A DNA stretch of 20,000 nt, from positions 6,785,132 to 6,805,131 of the forward strand of contig NC_057755.1 of NCBI RefSeq assembly GCF_004010195.1. The letters are read 5' to 3'. The DNA comes from Chiloscyllium plagiosum. Its lineage: Eukaryota. The position numbers and the translations under genes were made by a program. Below the pieces are notes generated by a model that did no database searches, was not told the DNA's origin, and was given only the letters and a program-made list of their open reading frames with translations. Shown one piece after another: positions 1 through 8,673 of the stretch; within the stretch, counting starts at the first letter, position 1, and the number at the start of each line of letters is the position of its first letter.

Positions 1-382
1 CCACTCCAGGAGGTTGGTAGCTGGTTGTGGACTGGCAACCGCCAAGGCAGTGGCCACACTCTCACAGCCCCCAACACCTTCCCCTCCACAGACCACATGT
101 ACGTGAATGGAAGGCAATTGAGCACCTTCCAGCTGTTCAGTTCTGCGACATCGCCTCGTCAGTGCCATATGCAGTCAATGGTGCACAGACCCAGCTTCAC
201 ATGCCCTGCGCTCATCGTCCATCATCCAGTCCCCAGCACCCAGTGGTCCACTGTACAGCATCCAGTGCCGAGCTCACACCACACAACACCCAGCCGCCAG
301 CATCCAGCGGGAGACCCAGATCTGTACTTGAAAGGTGCTAACTCGGGGGCTGAGGATACAGCCCAAATACCCAGAGATCGAG

Positions 383-2382
383 ATAGAACATAGAACATAT
401 AAACGCACAGCACTGAACAGGCCCTTTAGCCCAAGATGTTGTGCTGATGTTAAATCCTAATATAAAATAAAATACCGCAACCTATGCATCCCGCAACTCA
501 CTGCTATCCATGTGCATGCCCAGCAGTTGCTTAAATGTCCCTAATGATCTGGTTCCACCGCCACCGCTGGAAATGCATTCCCTGCATTCAAAGCTCTCTC
601 TGTAAAGCACCGACCTCTGACATCTCCTCTATACCTTTCTCTTTATATCTTAAAACGATGACCACTTGTACCAGTCAATCCTGCCCTGGGGAAAAATTTC
701 TGGCTATTGAATCTAGCTATTCCTCTCATTGTCTTGTATTCCTCGATCAGGTCTCCTCTCTTCCTCCTTCTCCCCAGAGAGAAAAATCGGAGCTTTCGCA
801 TAAGGCAAGCCCTCCAGTCCAGGGAGCGTCTTAGTAAACCTTCTTTGCACCCTCTCCAAAGCTTCTGTATCTTTCCCATAGTAGGGCGACCAGAACTGGA
901 CACAATATTCCAAGTGTGGTCTCACCCTGGACTTGTAGTGCTGTAGCAAAACCTCGCAGCGATTAAACTCTATCCCCCTGTTAATGAAAGCCAAAATAGC
1001 ATATGCTTTCTTAACAACCCTATCCATTTGTGTGGCAACTTTGAGGGATCTATGCACTTGAACACCAAGATCACTCTGTTCCTCTTCAATGCCAAGAATC
1101 CTCTATTTAATCCTATATTCAGCATTCGAGTTAGACGATCAATAATGCATCATTTCACATTTATCCAGGTTGAACTCCATATGCCAATTCTCAGTCCAGT
1201 CCTACATCCTGTCTATGTCGCACTGCAGCCTGTAATAGCCCTCTATACTATTAACGGCACTTCCAATCTTTGTGTCATCTTCAAATTTACTAACCTTACC
1301 CTCAAACTCCTCATCCAAGTCATTTATAAAAACTACAAAGAACAGAGGCCCAAGAACACAGCCCTACGGGACACCACTCGTCACTGACCTCCAGGCGGAA
1401 GGTTTTCTGTCAGCCAACCAATTCAGAATCCAGATAGCCAACTCTCCCTGTATCCCATACTTCCTGACTTTATGAATGAGCCTACCATGGGGAACCTTGT
1501 CAAGTGCCTTGCTAAAGTCCAGATACACCACATCCATTGCTCTACCTTCATCGACCTATCTTGTCAGGCACCTCAAATAACTCAATATGGATGGTGAGGC
1601 ATAATGTGCTCCTGATAAAGCCATGCTGCCTACCTTTAAGAACACCATGCTTTGCCAAATATTCATCAATCGTATCCATTAGACTTCTTTCCAAACATTT
1701 GCTGACCACAGACTTAACACTGAATGGTCTGCAATTGCCCAGGAGTACCCTGTTGTCCTTCTTGAAAAAAGCAACAACATTTGCCTCATTTCAATCCTCC
1801 AGTATGACTCCCGTTCAAAGTGACGAGGCAAAGATCTTCGGCAGCTGCTTAGCAAACTCCTTTCGCGCTTCTGGGAGCAGCCTACGATAAATCTGGTCTG
1901 TCCCTGGGGACGTATCAATCTTAATGTTTGCCAAAATTTCCAGCACATCAAGTACTGTTCCATGCTCGAAGTTCGTCACTCTTGTTTCTGACATTCCTTG
2001 CGTTATAGCAGACACACTTTCACTGATCCCTTTGTTTCATTGCGTGAGAAACCTTCCAGATAGATTCACTACATCCTGTCTCTGCCCCATCTGTGACTGT
2101 CCCCCACTCAGATATGTGGCACTGATTCCCACCCCCCTATCAAACAAGTTTAAAAACTCCCGAATCACACGAGCAAATCTCCCACCAAGGACATTTGTGC
2201 CCGTCCAGTTCAGGTGCAACCCGTCCTTCATGTACAGGTACCAACTTCCCCAAAAGTTATCCCAATGGTCTAGGTATCTGAAGTCATCCCTCCTGCACGA
2301 GCCTCGCAGCCACATGTTAGCTGTATTAACTGACTGTTCCTCGCCTCACGATCGCGTGGCAACGGTAGCAAACAGGGGTTCA
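383..2382 (-). mobile_element. CR1-clade non-LTR retrotransposon, 5'-truncated, internally deleted, inactive
   Basis: 3' tail (TTCTATG)n-type repeat at 383-399 (ATAGAACATAGAACATA on +) and 3'UTR stem CAGCAC(408-413)/GTGCTG(441-446). Minus-strand translations give CR1 ORF2 motifs RPHLEYCVQFWSPYYGKDTEALERVQRRFTK, SKFEDDTK, VYLDFSKALDKVPHGRL and the ORF1 esterase end KDGLHLNWTGTNVLGGRF. Many frameshifts and stops. Confidence 0.93.
2037..2382 (-). pseudogene. C-terminal remnant of CR1 ORF1 SGNH/GDSL esterase-like domain plus inter-ORF region
   Basis: ORF 2037..2315 WLRGSCRRDDFRYLDHWDNFWGSWYLYMKDGLHLNWTGTNVLGGRF contains the DxxH (DGLH) motif. Homologous to 5680-6020. Confidence 0.85.
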
Positions 2383-2480
2383 GAAGTGAAGAAGTATTTT
2401 AGTGTCTGAGGTTCAGTCATGAGGCAGTAACGTCGCAGCCAGTGCTGTGACATTGTCTGAGAACTGACAAAGTTTTCAAG

Positions 2481-3171
2481 CCCAATTCTCCCATTTAGTC
2501 GTGCCCTACTCTATTTCTCCAATCCAGTACTGTCCTGCCCCAATTCTCCCATTAAATGCTGCACTGCAACAGTTCTTCCATTACTTTATGCTCTGTTCAA
2601 AATTCTCCTATTCAGACGTGGCCTGGCCGAATTATTCCATGTGGTAGTTCCTTGCAATGGTTGGTTTTCTCATTTGTTGGTCCATTGCCAGAATATTTTA
2701 AATTTTAGCATGGACTAGTTGAACAGGAAGGTGTTTCTATCCTGTACATCTCTGTGATTGCATGACTCTATTTAGGGCTGCACTGCTCTGCACCAATTCT
2801 CCCATTTACCAGTCTTGCACAAATCCTGGAGCTGTACTATCTCTCCGTTCAGTATTATCCTGCCCCAGTTTTCCCACGTAGTGTTACCCTGCACTAATTC
2901 TCGTATCTTGTGACACCGGCATGAATTCTCCAATTATTGATGCCCGTACATCTTTTCTCCAATACACTTATTCCACGTATTGGTTCCATACTCAATTTTT
3001 TTTATTTAGTCATGCGCAGACAGAATGTCCAATTTACTGATGCTTGCAACATTTATCTTCTTTTTATTCATGCCCGTTTTGATCCTATTTAGACCCTCTC
3101 TGCTCAAACTCTCTAATTTATTGGCACTGCCACAAATTCTATAATGTAATGGCACTTTGCACCAAACTCGC
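2481..3171 (+). repeat. Highly degenerate 29-bp satellite
   Basis: Recurrent CCAATTCTCCCATT(T/A)A..CTGC words at about 29-bp spacing. More decayed than the central blocks. Confidence 0.8.
2707..2771 (+). mobile_element. Short 3'-terminal fragment of a CR1-type LINE/SINE
   Basis: AGCATGGACTAGTTGAACAGGAAGGTGTTTCTATCCTGTACATCTCTGTGATTGCATGACTCTAT resembles a CR1 3'UTR stem followed by a decayed (CTCTATGA)n octamer tail. It interrupts the satellite phase. Confidence 0.55.
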
Positions 3172-3229
3172 ATTCTGGATTAGTGGTGCTGGAAGAGCAC
3201 AGCAATTCAGGCAGCATCCGAGGACCAGC

Positions 3230-3268
3230 CAAATCGACGTTTCGGGCAAAAGCTCTTCATCAGGAATA
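3230..3268 (-). ncRNA. Minimal type I hammerhead ribozyme motif in PLE pLTR (probably impaired)
   Basis: Minus strand reads CUGAUGA-A-GAGC-UUUU-GCCC-GAAA-CGUC: both conserved core boxes, stem II with one A.C mismatch, palindromic ACGU in place of stem III and a GUC cleavage triplet. Minimal hammerheads are established features of PLE pLTRs. Confidence 0.75.
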
Positions 3269-4020
3269 AAGGCAGAGAGCCTAAAGCGTGGTGAGATAAG
3301 CTGGAGGAGGGTGGGGATGGGGAGAGAGTAGCATAGAGTACAATAGGTCAGTGGGGGAGGAGATGTAGCTGATAGGTCATGGAGGAGAGGGTGGAGTGGA
3401 TATGTGGAAAAGGAGCTGGGCAGGTCGGACAAGTCCGGACAAGACAAGGGGACAGTGTTGAGCTGGAGGTTTGAAACCAGGATGAGGTGGGGGAAGGGGA
3501 AACAAGGAAACTGTTGAAGTCCACATTGATGCCCTGGGGTTGAAGTGTTCCGAGGCGGAAGATGAGACGTTCTTCCTCCATGCGTCTGGTGGTGAGGGTG
3601 CGGCGGTAGAGGAGGCCCAGGACGTCCATATCCTCGGCAGAGTGGGAGGGGGAGTTGAAATGTTGAGCCACAGGGCGGTTTTGGTTGATTGGTGCGGGTG
3701 TCTCGGAGATGTTCCATAAAGCGCTCTGCTAGGAGATGCCCAGTCTCCCCAGTAGGGGGGCGTGGACCTGACCAGGTAGTCACGGAGGGAACGGTCTTTG
3801 CGGAAGGTGGAAAGGGGTGGGGAGGGAAATATATCCCTGGTGGTGGGGTCTGTTTGGAGGTGGCGGAAATGTCGGCGGATGATTTGGTTTATGCGAAGGT
3901 TGGTGGGTTGGAAGGTGAGCACCAGGGTCGTTCTGTCCTTGTTACGGTTGGAGGGGTTGGATCTGAGGGCGGAGGTGCGGGCTGTGAAAGAGATGCGTTG
4001 GAGGGCATCTTTAACCACGA

Positions 4021-4115
4021 GGGAAGGGAAATTGCGGTCTCGAAAGAAGGAGCACGTGGGAAGGGAAATTGTGGTCTCGAAAGAAGAAGCACATGGGAAG
4101 GGAAATTGCGGTCTC
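4021..4115. repeat. 37-bp tandem repeat x2.6 at the PLE 5' truncation point
   Basis: GGGAAGGGAAATTG(C/T)GGTCTCGAAAGAAG(G/A)AGCAC(G/A)T starts at 4021, 4058 and 4095 (last copy partial). Mirrored at about 19794-19888. Confidence 0.95.
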
Positions 4116-4762
4116 TGCCATTTAGTGGTGCCCGACTCTAATTCTCCTATGTAATGCCACAATTCTCTAATTGAGTTCCACTGTGCACCAGTTCTTCCAT
4201 TTAGTATTTCCCTGCAACACTTATCTCAGTTAGTTATTCGCTGCTAGAATTCTCTAATATTGATGTGTCCTGCATCAAAACTCCAATCTGCACGGAGAGT
4301 GAAAATGCCTTATTTCTGCACTGCACCAATTCTCACATCTAATACTGCATGGCACAAATTCTCACATTGAGCATTACACTGCCCCGATTCTCCTATTTAG
4401 TCCAACACTGCACCAATTCGATCATTTCGTACTATACTGTGTCAAGTCTCCTAGTTAATGCTGCTCTGCACCAATCCTCCCATTTAGTGCTCCACATTTC
4501 CCAATTCTCCCATTTAAAAATAAATTCATCAGTTCTCCTATTTGTTCTGATACAGAACCAATTCGCCCATTTAGTGCTACACTGCATCAATTCTCACATT
4601 ACGACACTGCACTAATTCTCCATTTAGTATTTTAATGCTTCAATACTCCCATTTAGTACTACACTATCCCCGTTCTCCCGTTTACTGCTATACTGCTGAA
4701 GTTCTTCCATTTAATATAAGACTTCCATAATTCTCCCTTTCAGTACTACACTGCATCAATTT
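4116..4762 (+). repeat. 29-bp satellite block
   Basis: Repeating CCAATTCTCCCATTTAGTGCTACACTGCA variants between the PLE and the CR1. Confidence 0.92.
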
Positions 4763-4975
4763 ACTTTGAACAGAGCGGTGAGGAGAGAGGGTTCAGGGAA
4801 TAAAGGGCTGCTGGGAAGTTTTAAAGTGGGTGAGATCTAAACCCGAGACCTTACACCGTAGGGCCTCCCTCTAACCTTACTAAAAATCTGTAAACTCTGC
4901 AAGTTTGCAGGTTTTCTCTTTTTTTTTGCTTCTCTTCCCCATTTAGTACTATGTTGGCTTTCAGATTAGAGGGGC

Positions 4976-5908
4976 ATGGCTGATAGAGCAGTTGCATGTT
5001 CCTCCTGCACAATGTGGCAGGTGAGAGACACAACACATGTCTCTGCCGACCACATCTGAGGGAAGTGCACCAAATCCAATTCCTCAAAAACGGAGTTAGG
5101 GAACTGGAGCTGCAGCTCAATGAACTGTGAATCGTCCGGGAGGCTGATGGAGAAATTGAGAGGATGCGCAGAGAGATGGTCACTCTTCAGACACAGTATA
5201 ATGACAGCTGACATACATTCAGGGGAAGGAAAGAGAACCAATAGATAGAGCGGGGGTAACCTATGGCCGTTCCCCTCAGCAATAAGTATACCATTTCGTA
5301 CACAACTGGTGAGAAGGCCTACCAACGGAAAGCCATAGTTGTCAGATTTCTGGCACTGAGCCTGGCACTGATGCTCAGAAGGAAAGAGGAGGGAGAATAG
5401 AAAATCACTGGTGGGAGGGAACTCAATAGTTAGACGGATTGACAGGAGATAATATGGTCAGGAACGGGACACCCGGTAAGTATTTTGCCTCCCCGATGCC
5501 AGGATCTGATATGACATCAATCGAATTTACTGGATTCTGAATGGAGAGGGTGAACAGCCAGAAATCGTGGTACATATTGGAACCAATGATATAGCCAGGG
5601 AATGGATTGAGGGTCTGAAAAGTGACTACAGAGAGTGAGGTTGGAAGCTGAAGAGCAGGACGAATAGAGGAGTGACCTCAGGTTGGCTACTGGTGCCACG
5701 ACACAGTGAGGTGAAAAACAGTCCGCGAATGCAGCTTAACAAGTGGCTGCGAGCCTGGTGCAGGAGGGTGATTTCAGATAGGTAGACCATTAGGACGCCA
5801 TCTGAGGAATGTGGGACCTATTCCTATTGGATGGTTTGCACGTGGTCTGGAGGGGCACAAATGTCCTGGATGGGTGATTTCATCATGGTTCTGGAGGGTT
5901 TAAACTAG
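4976..5908 (+). pseudogene. CR1 ORF1 (N-terminal Cys zinc-finger/leucine zipper + SGNH esterase), disrupted
   Basis: ATG 4976 gives MADRAVACSSCTMW...HI*GKC (CxxC...CxxC with a stop at the third Cys), then the heptad FLKNGVRELELQLNEL and esterase blocks GNSIVR, VVHIGTNDI, DGLHV. Multiple stops and frameshifts. Confidence 0.88.
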
Positions 5909-6012
5909 TTAGGAAAGGGGGTGAGAACCAGAGCTACATATCTGAGAGGAGGCAGTTGCAGATGGGGCAGCGGCAGGATGTAGAAAATCCAGCAGGAAGG
6001 TTTTTTCACTTG

Positions 6013-8673
6013 ATGAAACAAAAGAATCGGTTAAAGTGTGTCTGTTTTATCGCAAGGAATGTCAGAAATAAGAGTGATAAACTTATAGCACGGATCAGTA
6101 CTTGGGAATATGGTGATGTGTTCGTAACGGAGACGTGAGTTTCACAGGGGCAGGAATGGTTGCTTGATGTTCCTGTGTTTAGAACGTTTAAAAAGAACAG
6201 GGCGGTGGAAAAAGAGGAGGGGGTGTAGCAGTGTTAATCAGAGAGAGCATCACAGCTACGGAAACGAAGGTTGTCGAGAAAGGTTTGTCTACTGAGTCAG
6301 TAGGTGGTAGTTAGGAACTTGAAGGAGCTCTCTTCCTCCCTCTACAAAGATTTCAGTGAGTCCCACTCTCACTGTACCCCCCAGGTCATCTCCTCTGCAC
6401 AGAAGCTCTTCAGCAGAAGGGATTATGCCCGAAACGTCGATTCTCCTGTTCCCTGGATGCTGCCTGACCTGCTGCGCTGTTCCAGCAACACTTTTTCGGC
6501 TCTGATCTCCAGCATCTGCAGACCTCACTTTCTCCTCAAAGATTTCAACCTACTGCGAATCCTCTTACAAGGATGCCTTCCTTGAAGAAGCTCTCTTCCT
6601 CCCTCTACAAAGATTTCAGTGAGTCCTTCTCTCACTGCACCCCCCAGGTCATCTCCTCGGCACAGAAGCTCTTCAGCTAGAAGGGCTTATGCCCTAAACG
6701 TCGATTCGCCTGTTCCCTGGATGCTGCCTGACCTGCTGCGCTTTTCCAGCAACACATTTTCGGCTCTGGTAGTTAGGAACACCAAGGAATCAGCCAATTC
6801 ATTGGCGATTTTTTACAGACCCCCAAATCGCAGTAGTGAGATTGAAGAACTCAACTGCGGCAGGTTTTGGAAAAATGCAGATGGAGCAGTGTTGTTATGG
6901 GCAACTTCAACTTTCCTAATATTGACTGAGACTTCCTTTGAGCAGATGGTATCGGTGGAGCCGTTTTTGTCTGGTGTGTTCAGGAGGGTTTCCTTACGCA
7001 ACATGTAGACAAGCCAACGAGGGAAGAGGCCATTTTGGGCTTCGTACTCGGCAATGAGCCAAGACAAGTGTCAGATCTCGAGTTGGGAGGACACTTTGGT
7101 GGCAGTGACCACAACTGCCTCACATTTACCACAGATTGGATAGGGAAAAGAGCGGTTGTCAATGGAAGATATTTAATTGAGGAAAAGTAAATTATGATGC
7201 GATCACAGGAGTTGGGAAGTACAGATTAGGAGCAAGTATTCTGCTGAAAGCGCAAAACAGATATGTAGAGACTATTTAAGTAGCAGTTGTTTCCACTGAT
7301 GCACGAATTTATTTCCTCTGAGACAGGTAAGAAGGGGTAAGATTAAGAGCCTTGGATGAACCGAGGAGCTACTGGAAGGAAAAAGACAGCTTACGTAAGG
7401 TGAAGGAAGCAAAGATCTAGCACAATATTGGAGGATTTCTGGCCTACGAGAAAGGAGCTCATAAATGGACTGAGAACAGCCAAGAGGTGGCACGAAAACG
7501 GCTTGGCACGGAAGATGAACGAAAACCCAAAGGCCTTTTACTCATACGTGTGGAATAAGAGAATAATCAGGGAGAAGGTAGGGCCGGTCAGGGATAACGT
7601 AGGGAACTTGTGTGTGAAGTCTAAGCAGATAGGGGAAGTCCATAATGAGTTTTTTTGCTTCGGTTTTTACTCAGAAAAGGGACCTTGTTGTGAATGAAAA
7701 CGTTGAGGTGCTGGAAAACAGGCTTGAAAAGATCAAGATTGATGAATTTGATGTGATGGAAAATTTGGCAATCATTAAGATTGCTAAGTCCCCATGGCCA
7801 AAATCAGATTTACCTGGGCTGCTCCAGAATGCGAGAAAGGCGCTTGCTAATTCGCTGATGAAGATCTTTGTTTCCTGACTCTGCACAGGAGTCGTATCAG
7901 AGTATTGGAGAGAGTAGAATGCTGTTCCTCTTTTCAAGAAGGGAAATAGGAAAGTCCCTGGCAATTAAAGACAAGTCAGTCTTATGTCTGTGGTCAGCAA
8001 GGTTTTGGAAAGAATTATGAGCGATAGGATTCATGACTATTGGAAAAGAATGGTGTGATTAAAGGCAGTTAATACGCTTTGTGAGGGGCAGATCATGTCT
8101 CACAAATCTTGTTAAGTTTTTTGAGGAGGTGATGAGACATGTCGACGATGGCAGAGCACTGGATGTGGTGTATATGGACTTCAGCAAAGCATCTGATCCC
8201 ATGCTAGGTTCATTCATAAAATCAGTAGATCTGGGGTACAAGGAGATTTGGCTGTATGGATTCAGAACTGGTTAGCTGACAGAAGGCAGAGAGTAGTTGT
8301 CGATGGAAACTATTCTGCCTGGAGGTCAGTGGTGAGTGTTGTCCCGTATGGCTCTGTTCTTGGGCTACTGCTCTTTGTAGTTTTTTTTATATATGACTTG
8401 GATGAGAAGGTTGAGGGCTGGAGTAGTAAATTTGCCAATGAAACAAAGGTTTGACGTGCCGTTGATAGCATCGAAAACTATTGCAGGCTGCAGCACGACA
8501 TAGACATGATGCAGAGCTGGACTGAGAAAAGACAGATGGAGTTCAACCTGGATAAATGCGAAGTGATGCAATTTGGAAGGTCGAACCTGAATGCTGAATA
8601 TAGTATTAAAGACAGGATTCTTGACAGTGTGGAGGAACAGGGGGATCTTGGTGTTCCAGTGCATACATCCCTC
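6013..8673 (+). pseudogene. CR1 ORF2 (APE endonuclease + reverse transcriptase), disrupted and interrupted by an insertion
   Basis: APE motifs CFIARNVRNK...VTET, IFYRPPN, MGNFNFPNID, GGSDHN. RT motifs GRSCLTNL, DVVYMDFSKA, VPYGSVLG, SKFANETK (the catalytic FADD is lost). Confidence 0.92.
6319..6766 (+). mobile_element. 448-bp non-autonomous PLE-derived mini-element (263-bp unit x1.7) with 14-bp TSD
   Basis: TGGTAGTTAGGAAC duplicated at 6305-6318 and 6767-6780. Direct repeats 6319-6504 and 6582-6768. The segment GCCCGAAACGTCGATT...GGATGCTGCCTGA...TTCCAGCA is homologous to the reverse complement of 3172-3260. Absent from the other arm (empty site 17645-17658). Confidence 0.92.

Larger units (their letters stand above)
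3172..4115 (-). mobile_element. Penelope-like element (PLE) 3' fragment: RT-endonuclease linker, C-terminal half of the GIY-YIG endonuclease, 3'UTR/pLTR
   Basis: Minus-strand frames give LVLTFQPTNLRINQIIRRHFRHLQTDPTTRDIFPSPPLSTFRKDRSLRDYLVRS, GETGHLLAERFMEHL and AQHFNSPSHSAEDMDVLGL...MEEERLIFRLGTLQPQGINVDF, typical of the PLE C-terminus. Frameshifted and internally deleted. Confidence 0.92.
4763..8673 (+). mobile_element. Near full-length CR1 LINE (5'UTR, ORF1, ORF2) lacking its 3' end; inactive
   Basis: Sharp satellite junctions at about 4763 and 8673. ORF1 and ORF2 motifs in the expected order. Ends at GTGCATACATCCCTC, about 660 bp short of the 3' tail by comparison with 383-1045. Confidence 0.95.

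Noticed and set aside
1028..2409. Plus-strand ORFs over the first CR1 (and similar antisense ORFs over the other CR1 and PLE copies)
   Set aside because: They are antisense shadows of decayed retroelement coding sequence with no independent motifs.
2383..2480. Short unique stretch between CR1 and satellite as a possible exon
   Set aside because: No convincing paired splice signals or recognisable coding motif; left unassigned.
3180..4131. TTAGTGGTGC at both ends of the PLE as a TSD
   Set aside because: The left copy appears to lie inside the element's own terminal sequence and the right copy is an ordinary satellite variant, so no reliable TSD can be called.
3377..4162. 261-aa ORF as a functional protein
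   Set aside because: Chimeric: it starts in satellite, crosses the 37-bp stutter, follows PLE frame only to RSTPP, then goes out of frame at the deletion.
6319..6768. LTR retrotransposon/TRIM interpretation of the direct repeats
   Set aside because: No TG...CA termini, PBS or PPT. The TSD is 12-14 bp rather than 4-6 bp, and the sequence is homologous to the PLE pLTR.
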